Shown here: positions 46,269 to 56,983 of the stretch, one piece after another
How the letters are laid out: every line of letters begins with the position of its first letter
Numbering within the stretch: the first letter of the stretch is position 1
Source of the DNA: an uncultured Spirochaetota bacterium
GTDB lineage: Bacteria > Spirochaetota > Spirochaetia > SZUA-6 > Fen-1364
DNA: 64,000 nt
Direction: 5' to 3'
NCBI GenBank assembly: GCA_963734545.1
Contig: CAVTHO010000004.1
Location: 224,001-288,000 of the forward strand
Program-made: the position numbers and the translations under genes
The notes under the pieces: model-generated
Seen by the model: the letters and a program-made list of their open reading frames with translations, nothing else
Told to the model about the DNA's origin: nothing
Database searches by the model: none

Positions 46269-47144
46269 TTATTGGCGATAGCCGAAACGCTTCTCCAGCC
46301 CCAGGAGCATGGCAATCAGGAAAAGGGCAATGATGAGGAGTATCCAGGCCATCGCGGACGCAAGCCCCATTTTGAAATACTGAAACGCGTTCTGATAGAG
46401 ATACAGCGAATAGAACAGGGTCGACTGGTTGGGCCCGCCGGACGTGATGATGAATGACTCCGCAAAGGATTGAAAAATGCCTATGACGTACGTGATGACA
46501 TTGAAGAGGATCACCGGGGAAATCATGGGGATGGTGATCCGGAAAGTCCGGTGCAGGAAGTTTGCGCCGTCAATTGCCGCGACCTCGTACAGGGACTGCG
46601 GGATGTCCTGGAGTGCGGCGAGGTAGATGATTACCGCGCCCCCCGATATCCAGAGAAAGATCATGATGAACGCCGGCTTTGCCAGGTACGGATCCGCGAG
46701 CCAGCCGGGTCCCTTGACGTGGATGTAGGACAGAAAGGTGTTGATCAGGCCGGTCTGCGGCTGCAGCATCCAGATCCAGAGAATGCAGAGAATGACGAGC
46801 GGGACGAGCGTCGGCACGAAGAAGATGATGCGGAATACCGAAAGGCCCTTGATCCTCTTGTTGCTGAGGATGAGGGCAAGGGTGAGGGTGGCGATCGTGA
46901 TCACGATGGTGCCGACGACGACCATGTACAGGGTGTTGAGCAGCGAGGTGCGGAAGACCATATCGGTGGTCAGGAGGTCGATGTAGTTGCCCAGCCCTAT
47001 GAATTTCGGCGGATCCACCACGTTGTAGCGGGTGAGGGAATAGAAGAGGGAGCTGAAGATCGGATACGCCGTGAAGACAAGGAATCCGACGATCCACGGA
47101 GAGATGAAAAGCAGCCCGTTTCTTTGATCCTTTGAACCGATCAT
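46269..47144 (-). CDS. Sugar ABC transporter permease
   Basis: EVAAIDGA motif, TM segments. Confidence 0.92.
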   Translation of the reverse strand: MIGSKDQRNGLLFISPWIVGFLVFTAYPIFSSLFYSLTRYNVVDPPKFIGLGNYIDLLTTDMVFRTSLLNTLYMVVVGTIVITIATLTLALILSNKRIKGLSVFRIIFFVPTLVPLVILCILWIWMLQPQTGLINTFLSYIHVKGPGWLADPYLAKPAFIMIFLWISGGAVIIYLAALQDIPQSLYEVAAIDGANFLHRTFRITIPMISPVILFNVITYVIGIFQSFAESFIITSGGPNQSTLFYSLYLYQNAFQYFKMGLASAMAWILLIIALFLIAMLLGLEKRFGYRQ

Positions 47145-47148
47145 CGGG

Positions 47149-48000
47149 CTATCCCTTTATTCCCGTCATTGCGATCCCCTGGATGAAGTATTTCTGCAGC
47201 ACGAAGAAAATGATCAGCACGGGGAAGGTCATCATCACGCCGAGGGTGAGAAGCATGTCCCATTTCGGATCCAGGTTGTGCATGATCTGCTGCGCTCCGA
47301 GTGAGAGCGTGTACAGCTTGTTGTCCGAGAGGAAGATCAGCGGGCCGATGAAGTCATTCCAGGTTTTCAGGAAGGAGAAGATGATCACCGTGGTGATTGC
47401 CGGTGTCGACAGCGGAATAATGACGCGCCGATAGATCATGAAATCTCCCGCCCCGTCCATTTTTGCCGCATAGGAGAGCTCGTTCGGTATCGACATGTAG
47501 AACTGGCGCAGAAGGAAGATGAAGAAGGCGTTCCCGAAGAAGGCCGGCACGATCAGGGGCAGGAGGGTTCCGATCCAATGAAGCTGGTGGAACAGGATGA
47601 AAAGAGGAATCATGACAACCTGGAAGGGCAGGATCAACGTGGCCAGAACGACATAGAAGAGCGCTTCCCGGCCTTTCCAATCGATCTTGGCGAACCCGTA
47701 TGCAATGAGCGTGTTGGAAAGGACTGAGCCGATCACGTTGAAGACCACCAGGACCATGGTATTGCGAAAGTCCTGCAGAAAGGGAAACTCGTTGAAAATA
47801 CGGACGTAGTTGTGCCACTGGGCTTTCTTGGGAAGCCACTGCATGGGAACGACGAAAAGCTCGGCAGGGACTTTCAACGAGCTCAGGGTCATCCACACGA
47901 AGGGAACAATGAAGACGAGGGCAAGCACGGCGAGAATAATAGTCGAAATGGCGATTTCGCCCGGCGCAAGATAAACAGCTTCTTTCGCTTTCCGTGGCAT
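47149..48000 (-). CDS. Sugar ABC transporter permease
   Basis: YAAKMDGA, WNDFIGPL. Confidence 0.92.
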   Translation of the reverse strand: MPRKAKEAVYLAPGEIAISTIILAVLALVFIVPFVWMTLSSLKVPAELFVVPMQWLPKKAQWHNYVRIFNEFPFLQDFRNTMVLVVFNVIGSVLSNTLIAYGFAKIDWKGREALFYVVLATLILPFQVVMIPLFILFHQLHWIGTLLPLIVPAFFGNAFFIFLLRQFYMSIPNELSYAAKMDGAGDFMIYRRVIIPLSTPAITTVIIFSFLKTWNDFIGPLIFLSDNKLYTLSLGAQQIMHNLDPKWDMLLTLGVMMTFPVLIIFFVLQKYFIQGIAMTGIKG

Positions 48001-48084
48001 CAGACAGCTCCCCTACCCAGTGTAGCCCACGAGCCCTACCTTAAGCGATCCCTCTCCTGCATGAGCAAAGCGACTGTAATAAAC

Positions 48085-48180
48085 CGGATGCCCGGCCCGC
48101 GCGGGGGCGGACCCGGGCATCCGAAATGATCGGGGGCGCATCCGCGCCCGGGAAAAAATGAGGGCGTTCGCGCGCCCTCA
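48085..48180. terminator. Two stem-loops between the SBP and permease genes
   Basis: CGGATGCCCGG...CCGGGCATCCG (48085-48123) and TGAGGGCG...CGCCCTCA (48159-48180). Confidence 0.55.
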
Positions 48181-48200
48181 AGAAAGGGCAGTTTCCGCGC

Positions 48201-49514
48201 TTACTGCGCGAGCTGCTTCTCGAACTTGGCCTGAAGGGCCTGCAGCAGGGGCAACGGATCCTTGTTGTTGTAGATCACGTCGTCACGCATTGCGTTCAGG
48301 TCGTCTCCGAGCTGGGCCGCCACCTTGGTCAGCGCCGCATGACCCGAATTGGGAGAGTTCGCCAGCTCCCTTTCGATCTTGTAGATAGGGTCGTTCTTCA
48401 AAGTCCAGCTCACTTCGTCGAACTGCTTGTTGTTCGTGGGGATCGAGCGCCAGATGTCGAAGTTGTTCGCGCTGATCGGCGTGGTGATGACGAAATTGTA
48501 GAACCTGTACGCGAGATCAGGCCGCTTGGCGCCCTTGGGGAGCAGGAACACGTTGGACTGGAAGATCGTGCCCCCTGCCCTTCCGCCTGCCGGGGTCGGG
48601 ACCTTTGCCACCGCGTATTCGATGTTCGGGGCGTAGATGCGCAGCGCGTTCGTGAACCAGTTGCCCACCACGGTCATCGCGACCTTGCCGGTCATGAAGG
48701 GGTGATCCGGAGAGAACAGCGCGCCGAACCCCGAGGTGAATCCCTTCATCTCGGTGGGGCTCTTCTTCTGCGCGTACTTGTTCATCCACCTGTACACGTC
48801 AACGAGCGGCTTTTCCGTCAGGTACAGCTTCTTGGTGCTCGTGTCGAAGATCTTGGCGCCGAACATCCAGCCCCAGTAGAAAGGATTGTCGTTGCCGTAG
48901 TCCATCCAGGGAATGTAGCCGAACCGGTCGATGCTGCTCGCGCTGAACTTGTCGAGCTTGGCGGCCAGGGCGTCGAGCTCCTCGAGGGTCTTGGGCGGCT
49001 TGGTCACGTCGAGACCGGCGTCCTTGAAGACCTTCACGTTCATGTAGAGCAGGATGACATTCGAGTCCTGGGGCAGCAGGTACGTCTTGCCGTCGATCTG
49101 CGTGACCTCTTTCATCCCGGGGAACATGTCGGCGATCTTCAGGGTGATCTTGCTCATGTCCCAGGGAAAGGCCGTGCCGTTGGCCGCGAATGAATACGCC
49201 GCGCTGGCATTGTCCGAAAGCGCGATGTCGGGAGCATCACCTCCGGCAATCGCTGCCAGGAGCTTGCCCGTGTTGACGCCGCCGGCAGGGGTGGCGACAA
49301 GGTTGACCTTGACGCCGGGATTGGCCTTCTCGAACTCCCCGACGCGCCACTGGTCCCATTTCAGGGAATCACCCCCGAACGGGGACCAGTACACGAGCGT
49401 TCCCGGTCCCGAGGCGGACGCCTGCTCGGACCCGCCCGCCGCGAGAACGGGGAATGCGAACGCTGCCATCATCAGCGTCGCGACAAGAACCGTAGCCCAT
49501 GATCTTCTGTTCAT
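48201..49514 (-). CDS. Sugar ABC transporter substrate-binding protein
   Basis: AGGAGG RBS, signal peptide, AIAGGDAPD, FMTGKVAM. Confidence 0.92.
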   Translation of the reverse strand: MNRRSWATVLVATLMMAAFAFPVLAAGGSEQASASGPGTLVYWSPFGGDSLKWDQWRVGEFEKANPGVKVNLVATPAGGVNTGKLLAAIAGGDAPDIALSDNASAAYSFAANGTAFPWDMSKITLKIADMFPGMKEVTQIDGKTYLLPQDSNVILLYMNVKVFKDAGLDVTKPPKTLEELDALAAKLDKFSASSIDRFGYIPWMDYGNDNPFYWGWMFGAKIFDTSTKKLYLTEKPLVDVYRWMNKYAQKKSPTEMKGFTSGFGALFSPDHPFMTGKVAMTVVGNWFTNALRIYAPNIEYAVAKVPTPAGGRAGGTIFQSNVFLLPKGAKRPDLAYRFYNFVITTPISANNFDIWRSIPTNNKQFDEVSWTLKNDPIYKIERELANSPNSGHAALTKVAAQLGDDLNAMRDDVIYNNKDPLPLLQALQAKFEKQLAQ

Positions 49515-49540
49515 TTTCGCCTCCTCCTACAGTTGATTGC

Positions 49541-49646
49541 GGGCTCGCTTTCGTCCATCCGTGGACTCGCTCGCCCTCGCCATCCATGTCTACGGGCTCG
49601 CTTTCGTCCATCCGTGGACTCGCTCGCCCTCGCCATCCATGTCTAC
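49541..49646. repeat. Exact 53-bp tandem duplication
   Basis: GGGCTCGCTTTCGTCCATCCGTGGACTCGCTCGCCCTCGCCATCCATGTCTAC at 49541 and 49594. Confidence 0.95.
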
Positions 49647-50089
49647 GAATCGTGCTTCACGTTCAGCAGAACCCCCAGCTTCTGTGCGCTCTCCACAAAC
49701 ACGTAGCGGCCCCCGGGATAGTCGCCGCTGTGCCTTTCCGGGATGCCTTTCTTGCCCAGGAACTCGAGAGTGGCCGGCAGATCATCCACCATGAAGCCGA
49801 TGTGGTGGACGCCCTCCCCCTTGGTATCGAGAAACTCCTTCCACGAGCTCGGCTCTCCATCGGGCTCCGTGAGCTCGAGCACGAGCGCGCCCAGATCGAA
49901 AACCGCCAGCTTGGCGCGCGTCTTTGTCGGCTTGCCTCGAAACCTCGTGTGGGCTTCTTCGACGGGAGGGATCTGGAATATTTTGGGCATCGGCAGACCG
50001 AAGATCTCGCAGAAGCTTTTCGCCGTTTTTTCAATGTCACGCACTACTAATGCAACCTGGCAGATCCGCTTCGCATCAATCGGTGGCAT
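49643..50089 (-). CDS. VOC family protein (paralogue of 45781-46236)
   Basis: QVALVVRDIE, ELTEP, GEGVHHIGF, GDYPGGRY. Confidence 0.88.
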   Translation of the reverse strand: MPPIDAKRICQVALVVRDIEKTAKSFCEIFGLPMPKIFQIPPVEEAHTRFRGKPTKTRAKLAVFDLGALVLELTEPDGEPSSWKEFLDTKGEGVHHIGFMVDDLPATLEFLGKKGIPERHSGDYPGGRYVFVESAQKLGVLLNVKHDS

Positions 50090-50448
50090 GTGCAGCTCCC
50101 CTCTGAAACTCCGTTTACCTACACGATAAACTACACGGCACATGCGACTGAGTCAAGATAAGAATTCAGGAATGAGCGAAAAAAGGCAAAAGAGCCCGCA
50201 CAGGTATTTTGTATTTTATTTGCTTATGATTAAAATAAGTTATCGACTTTGGCCAGTGCATGTGTAGTAGATTCAGTCCATTATTCGGTCTTTCCGAAGG
50301 AGGCTTGTTTGTACCGCTCAAGCACTGCATCACGGTAACGAAAACGTCATTCGTCATGAGATACTCACGGGTCTCCTTGCGGCCTCCAGCGCGATTTGGC
50401 GAAAAACAGCAGAATTCCCTGAATCCAGGCAAACCGACTTCCCTGTTC

Positions 50449-50496
50449 TTGACTTGCGAACCAGGGACGAGTATGATCGTGTACGTTACCGTTACA
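50449..50496 (+). promoter_or_regulatory. Sigma70 promoter with a downstream LacI-type operator candidate
   Basis: TTGACT (50449), 17 bp, TATGAT (50472), followed by TGTACGTTACCGTTACA. Confidence 0.65.
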
Positions 50497-50663
50497 GGAC
50501 ACGGCAAGGGTGTCTGGAAGCCCCTCGGGATTCCGTCTGCGGCATCGAGGTCAGGATTGACAGCAGTTGCCTGGAAACGGATACTTGCGCCGACGCGAGA
50601 GGGACCGGACCGCCAGGAAGCGCGGAGGATGCGGCTGCTCGCGAGCGGCAAGGAGCTGGTTCC

Positions 50664-51650
50664 TTGAAGGTGACGATAAAAGAAATAGCTGCCATCTGCG
50701 GATTTTCCATCGGCACCGTCGACCGCGCGATGCACAACAGAAAAGGCATCAATCCGAAGTCGCGTGAACGGGTGCTGTCGGTCGCGCAGCAGCTCGGGTA
50801 CCGCCCGCACCTGCTGGCGCGAAGCCTTGTGACCGGCTTCACCATGACCATCGGCGCGGTCGTCCCCAACCTCAAGAATCCCTTCTTCTCGGAGCTGGTG
50901 GAGGTGATCCAGAAGAAAGCGCGGACTGCGGGTTACCACGTGTACATGATGCTGAGCGAGTTCGATCCGCAGGAGGAGATCGCTTCGCTGGACCGGCTGC
51001 GGGCGCTGAACGTCGACGGCATCGTCATCATGCCGGTGAATCGCGGCCGCTCGTTCCAGGCCTACCTGAAGAGTCTCGCGACCCCCCTCGTCACCATCGC
51101 GAACAGGGTGTCGAAGCAGTGGACGTGGGTCGGGATCGACGACCGCGCGGCGGTTCGGGACGCCGCCCGCTACGTGATCTCCAAGGGGTACGCGCGCATC
51201 ATTTTCGTGACGCAGCAGCAGGATCCACGGTCTCTGCAGACCCTCTACTGCGACGACCAGCGCATCCTGGGCTACAAGGAAGCGCTCCACGAAGCGGGCA
51301 GCGCCTATGCTCCCTGCGTGCTGACGGACGAGACGATGATGCGCATGATAGAGGAAACGCGCCTGGCGGGCTGGGAGCGCACCTGCATTCTGGCTTCGTG
51401 CGACGCGGTGGCCCTGGAGGTCATGTCCCTTCTGAAGGCGAACGGAATCGCCATTCCGGACACGGTCGGCCTGATGGGATTCGACAACCTTGACGAGCTG
51501 AAGTACATCACCCCGCGGCTGACGACCGTCGCGAGCCCGATCCAGAAGATCGGCGAACAGGCGTTCGACTACCTGCTGCAGACCATCAACGGCACGTGCA
51601 TCGACTCCCGCGTCCTGGAGCACCGGATCATCGAGGGGGAGACGGTCTGA
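50664..51650 (+). CDS. LacI family transcriptional regulator
   Basis: VTIKEIAAICGFSIGTVDRAM HTH, GFDN, PRLTTV; AAGGAG RBS. Confidence 0.93.
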   Translation: MKVTIKEIAAICGFSIGTVDRAMHNRKGINPKSRERVLSVAQQLGYRPHLLARSLVTGFTMTIGAVVPNLKNPFFSELVEVIQKKARTAGYHVYMMLSEFDPQEEIASLDRLRALNVDGIVIMPVNRGRSFQAYLKSLATPLVTIANRVSKQWTWVGIDDRAAVRDAARYVISKGYARIIFVTQQQDPRSLQTLYCDDQRILGYKEALHEAGSAYAPCVLTDETMMRMIEETRLAGWERTCILASCDAVALEVMSLLKANGIAIPDTVGLMGFDNLDELKYITPRLTTVASPIQKIGEQAFDYLLQTINGTCIDSRVLEHRIIEGETV

Positions 51651-51651
51651 T

Positions 51652-53054
51652 CTATTTCCAGGCGCCCCCGCGGGCCGCGCGCTTGAGGTAGTTCCCGCGC
51701 CCCGCCTTCCCGAGGAACTCCTGCCCGTCCACGATCACCTCTCCCCGTGAAAGCACCATCCGCGCGTTGCCGCGCACCTGGAAGCCCTCGAACATCGAGT
51801 AGTCCACCTTCATGTGGTGCGTGCTCGCGCTGATGGTGTACGGAGCCTTGGCGTCCCAGATCACGAGGTCCGCGTCGCTGCCCGGCGCGATCTCCCCCTT
51901 CTGCGGGGATACATGCCGAAGATCCGGGCCGGCGTGGTGGAGGTCAGCTCCACGAACCGGTTGAGCGTGATCTTTCCCGAGTTCACGCCGTGGTGGTGGA
52001 TGAGCTGCAGCCGATTCTCGATGCCCGGGCCGCCGTTGGGGATCTTCGTGAAATCGTCCTTGCCCAGGATCTTCTGGTCCTTGAAGCAGAACGGGCAGTG
52101 ATCGGTGGACACCACCTGCAGGTGGTCGTTCTTGAGACCGTCCCAGAGCTTCGGCTGGTGCTCCTTGGGCCGCAGCGGCGGCGTGAACACGTACTTTGCC
52201 CCTTCGAAGTTCGGCCGCGCCAGCTCGTCCTGGGACAGGAGCAGGTACTGGGGACAGGTCTCCGCAAAGGCCGGCACGCCCCGGTCACGCGCCTCGCGCA
52301 CCTCGTTCAGCGCGTCTTCCGAGGAGAGGTGCACGATGTACACGGGCACGCCGGCGATCTCCGCCATGGCGATGGCCCGGTGCACGGCCTCCGCCTCGGC
52401 CCGGGGCGGGCGGGTCAGCGCGTGGTAGATGGGCGCGGTCTTTCCTTCCGCGAGGGCGCGGGCCACGATGACGTCGATGACGCTGCCGTTTTCCGCGTGC
52501 ATGCAGACGAGCGCGCCGTTCTTCGCGGTCTGGGAGAGGGCCTTGAAGATGGTGGCGTCGTCCACCATGAGCACGTTGGGATACGCCATGAACAGCTTGA
52601 AGCTGGCCACGCCCTCTCTCACCATGTCGTCCATGTCTTCCAGGCCGGAGGAGCCGAGGTCGGTGATGATCATGTGCAGGCCGTAGTCGATGGCGGCGCC
52701 GTGCCCTCCGCCTTCTTCCACCAGGTGTCCAGGGCGTCGCGCATGCGGGTGCCGCGCGCCTGGATGGCGAAGTCCACGATGCGTCGTGGTGCCCCCGAAA
52801 GCCGCGGCGCGCGTGCCGGTTTCGAAATCGTCCGCGGACGTGGTGCCGCCGAACGGCATGTCCAGGTGCGTGTGCGCATCGATCCCGCCGGGGATCACGT
52901 ACATCCCCCTGGCGTCGATCACCTTCTCCGCGGACCGGGCGGGGATCCCGCGCCCGCACCTCCTTGATGTGCTCGCCCTCGATCAGGACGTCCGCCGTTC
53001 TTGTCTCCTTCGGCGGTGACAACGGTTGCCGCCCTGAATCAGCGTGTTTCCCAT
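51652..53054 (-). CDS. hydA: Dihydropyrimidinase, multiple frameshifts
   Basis: PGGIDAHTH, FKLFMAY, HAENG, STDHCPF, IPNGGPG; N- and C-termini in other frames. Confidence 0.92.
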
Positions 53055-53069
53055 GTCTCCCTCTTTATT

Positions 53070-54445
53070 GTCCCGGTTTGCTGTAGACGCGCCCTGCCGT
53101 GCGCTGCTCCCAGCTTTCGCTTCGGTTTGCCCGTCTCCACCTTCTCCATCGTGATGCACTCTTCCACCGGGCAGACCAGGGAGCAGAGATTGCAGCCGAC
53201 GCACTCCTCCTCGTCCACGTGAGGAACGTGGGGAGCGGCCGCGGCGCCGTTTCCGTTGCCCCCGCGCGCCTGGTCGAGCTTGGCGATGGGCGTCACCGTG
53301 ATGCTCTGCCTGGTCCGCGCTTCACGCGACAGCGGGAGGCTCCGCGAGCCTCGTCGTGGTGGATGCACTGGTGCGCCCCGTCCCAGCAGGCAATGTAGCA
53401 CAGGTCGCATCCGATGCACTTGTCCGGGTCGATGCGCGCAACGATCTTGTAGTTCAGGTCGAGGTGCTTCCACTCCTTCATCCGGGGCATGCGTGCGGCC
53501 GCGGAAATCCTCGAGGGTCCGGATAGCCCTTCTCGTCCATCCAGTTGGAAAGTCCGTCGATCATGTCTTCCACGATCCGGTAGCCGTAGTGCATGACGGC
53601 CGTGCAGACCTGCACGTTGCCGCAGCCCAGGAGGATGAACTCCGCCGCCTCCCGCCAGCCGGCAATGCCGCCGATCCCGGAGATGGGGAGCGCCACCTCC
53701 GGGTCCGAGGCGATCTGCTGGACCAGGTGCAGGGCGATGGGCTTGACCGCCGGGCCGCAGTAGCCGCCGTGCGCGGACAGGCCGCCCACGTTCGGCCGCG
53801 GGATCAGCGTGTCGAGGTCGATCCCGGTGATCGAGTTGATCGTGTTGATCGCCGAAAGGCGCGTCCGCGCCGCCCTTCTGTGCCGCGCGCGCCACCAGCG
53901 CGGATGTCCGTCACGTTCGGAGTGAGCTTCACCATGACCGGCGTGTGCGCCGCCTCCTTGGCCCACTCGGTGATCATGCAGGAGTATTCGGGCACCTGCC
54001 CGACCGCGGCGCCCATGCCGCGCTCGCTCATGCCGTGCGGGCAGCCGAAGTTCAGCTCCAGGCCGTCCGCGCCCGCGTCCTCGGCGCGCTTGACGATGTC
54101 GTGCCAGACCTCCCGCTTGGACTCCACCATCAGGGAGGCGATGACGGCGTGCTTCGGGTAGCGCTTCTTGACCTCGGCGATCTCGCGCAGGTTGTCTTCG
54201 ACGGGGCGGTCGGAGATCAGCTCGATGTTGTTCAGCCCCATCATCCGCTGGCCGTTCCAGTCCACCGAGGAGTAGCGGGAGGCAGTGTTCACCACCGGCT
54301 CGCCGATGGTCTTCCACACGGCGCCGCCCCACCCCGCGTCGAACGCGCGCATGATCTGCTCGCCGGTGTTGGTGGGAGGCGCGGAGGCCAGCCAGAACGG
54401 GTTCGGGGAGCGGATGCCCATGAAGACCGTGTTGAGGTCAGCCAT
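53070..54445 (-). CDS. preA: NAD-dependent dihydropyrimidine dehydrogenase subunit PreA, multiple frameshifts
   Basis: NPFWLASAPPT, ELNFGCPHGM, KLTPNVTDI, GGYCGPAVKP, two 4Fe-4S motifs (CIGCDLC, CVGCNLC); the end coordinate is approximate. Confidence 0.9.
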
Positions 54446-55794
54446 CGAACGTCCACCCTCCGGAGCCTCTGCGCGAATGGCCTGGGCCGGCCGCCCTTTG
54501 CCGTCCGCCACCGCGTCCACGACCTCGCGGCCGCCGTTCACGCAGTCCCCGCCGGCGAAGTACCGCGGATTCGCGGTCCGGCCCGTGGGACGATCCACGG
54601 CGATCGGCCCTCCTGTCGATGCTGATTCCCCGTGACGTGCTGCAGCAGCTCCAGGAACCGTGACTGGCCCAGCGCGGGGATGACCATGTCGCAGGCAAAG
54701 TCGAACTCGGAGCCCGGCACCGGTTCGGCGTTCCGCCGCCCGCTTGCGTCGGGGGCGCCGAGGCGCGGTCTGCACGAACCTGACGCCCGCCGCATGGCCA
54801 TCCTGGCCGCGAGTATCTCCACCGGCTGCGCCAGCCAGTGGAAACTGCACTCCTTCGACTCTTTGCGTGCTCGTACTCGAAGGGAAAGGCAGGCATCTCC
54901 TTCTCGGTCCGGCGGTAGAAGAGATGGACTTCCTCCGCGCCCAGCCGGCGCGCCGCGTTCGCCGCGTCGATGGCGGTGTTGCCCCCGCCTATGACGGCCA
55001 CGCGCTTCCCGACGGGAAGATCCGGCTGCGTCTTGTAGCGCTCGATGAAGTGAAGCGCATCGATCACGCCGCGGGCGTCCTCCCCCGGAATGCCCAGCAT
55101 GTCCATGGCGCCCAGTCCCAGCCGAGGAAGATGTAGGCGTACTCACGTCTCCAGGGTGTCCAGGGGGACATCCTTGCCGACCTCCGCGCGGCGGAACTCC
55201 ACGCCCATGTCCCGGACCATCTCGACCTCCCGCAGGCTGTCGGACGGGCGCAGCTTGTACTCCGCCACCCCGTAGGTGGCCAGACCGCCCGGCAAGGGGC
55301 GGTTGTCGAAGACGGTCACTGCGAAACCCTGCTGCCGGAGCTCGGCGGCGCAGGCAAGCGAGGCCGGGCCCCCGCCGATGCAGGCTACCTTCTCCGGGTG
55401 TCGTGACCGGGACAGGCGTGCCCGGCTTTCTCTTCTCATGGAAATCCTCCATGGCGAAGCGCTGCAGCCGGCCGATCTCTATCGGCTTCTTGTTGTACCG
55501 GTGCATGACGCACGCGCCCTCGCAGAGGACCTCCACGGGACACGCGCGGGAGCAGCTCATGCCCAGGATGTTCGCGTCCAGGATGGTCCGCGCAGAGCCC
55601 CGCACGTTGCCGCTGGCGATCTTCTTGATGAAGCGCGGCACGTCGATGTGCGTGGGGCAGGCGTCCATGCAGGGCGCGTCGAAGCAGCCCAGGCATCGAT
55701 TCGCCTCGGTGACGGCGGATTTCGAATCCAGCGCAGGGTGCAGGTCAGCAAAACGCTCGAGATTTCGTTCGAGGGGAAGCCCCGGATCGCTCAT
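54438..55794 (-). CDS. preT: Dihydropyrimidine dehydrogenase subunit PreT (GltD-like), multiple frameshifts
   Basis: RCLGCFDAPC..ACP, CSRACP, IGGGPA, IGGGNTAID, FAGGDCVNGG spread over several frames. Confidence 0.9.
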
Positions 55795-55947
55795 GTCGTG
55801 CTCCTCGCGGGTCCGAAGATGTGATGCACCCTACTATAGTAATCACGCGGCGCGGGAGCGGAAACTAAAATGCCGCGGCCGGCGGAGGTGCGCCGTACCG
55901 TTCGGCGAATGCGCCGTGCGGGGGGGCGCCGTACCGCGGCCGCGATA

Positions 55948-56703
55948 TCAGCCGGGCTTGGTGGCACGATGAAATCCGAGCGTGCCGGCAAACAGCGTCC
56001 TGACGGCGACGCTCCGGAAGCCCTGGGCGCGCAGCAGGCCGGACAGCTCATCGGCGGAGTAGAACATCTCGAGCGCGTTTATGAAATACGTCCGCGCGCC
56101 CAGGGCGGTCGGCCCGCTTCCGAACAGAACGGCGGTGAACGAGAGGCAGAACCGCAGGTAGCCATGATAGAGCTTCTCCACGACCCGGTTGCGGGGGCGC
56201 AGCATGTCGCAATGATAGAAGCGGCCGCCGGGCTTGAGCACCCGGAAAACCTCGTCGAAGACGCGTCGGATGCGCAGGTGGCGGGACGCCCATTGCAGCG
56301 TGATGACGTCGAAGTGATTATCCGGGAAAGGGAGCTCGTGCACGTCACCTATGAGGCTCTGGATATGAAATCCTCGTGCCTCCGCTCGAGAGAGCCCCAC
56401 TTCCTGCATGGCCACGCTTCGGTCGATGGCCAGGACCTCGAGGCCCGGCTCGCGCTGGAGGAGCGCAATCCCGACTGCATTGGTGCCGGCGCAGACATCA
56501 AGCACACGCTGCCCGGACCGCACGTCGATTGTCGCCATGAATCTTCCCAGGATCCAGTTCCACAGCCCGAGACTGGCGACAAGATTCGCGCGGTCGTAAT
56601 AGGGGGCAACGTCGGCAAACACCTTGTCGAGCTGCCTCGTCCAGACCGTATCGAAACGCCGTTGACGCGCCTGTTCGCGCGTCGCAAGAGGCGGAGGACT
56701 CAT
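55948..56703 (-). CDS. Class I SAM-dependent methyltransferase (UbiE/COQ5-like)
   Basis: VAPYYDRAN, LDVCAGT, LPFPDNHFD, RVLKPGG. Confidence 0.85.
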   Translation of the reverse strand: MSPPPLATREQARQRRFDTVWTRQLDKVFADVAPYYDRANLVASLGLWNWILGRFMATIDVRSGQRVLDVCAGTNAVGIALLQREPGLEVLAIDRSVAMQEVGLSRAEARGFHIQSLIGDVHELPFPDNHFDVITLQWASRHLRIRRVFDEVFRVLKPGGRFYHCDMLRPRNRVVEKLYHGYLRFCLSFTAVLFGSGPTALGARTYFINALEMFYSADELSGLLRAQGFRSVAVRTLFAGTLGFHRATKPG

Positions 56704-56983
56704 TGTACAAACCTTCCTGGCGGCTCCCGACACGGCGCACAGGGCCCGTCGCGCGGTCTTCCCGCCGGAAAACAACAAAAGATATTGCTCCTGTCTCCGA
56801 CGGTCAACCGAGGGTGCCGTGCGCACGCAGAGCTCCTTGTGGCACGGCAGGACGCCCGTCCTGCCGAGGCCCCCGGCGGGCGCCCCTGCGCTGCCCCCTC
56901 GCCACCGCTCCCGCTTGACGGCTGGGCGAAACAGGGATACATTTCAATCAAGTTTATGTCATAAACTTGTTTATGGAGGCGCC

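Noticed and set aside
50545-50625. SRP RNA-like motif (GGTCAGG...AGCAG)
   Set aside because: Lacks the conserved CCGGAAGGAAGCAG tetraloop helix and a long pairing stem
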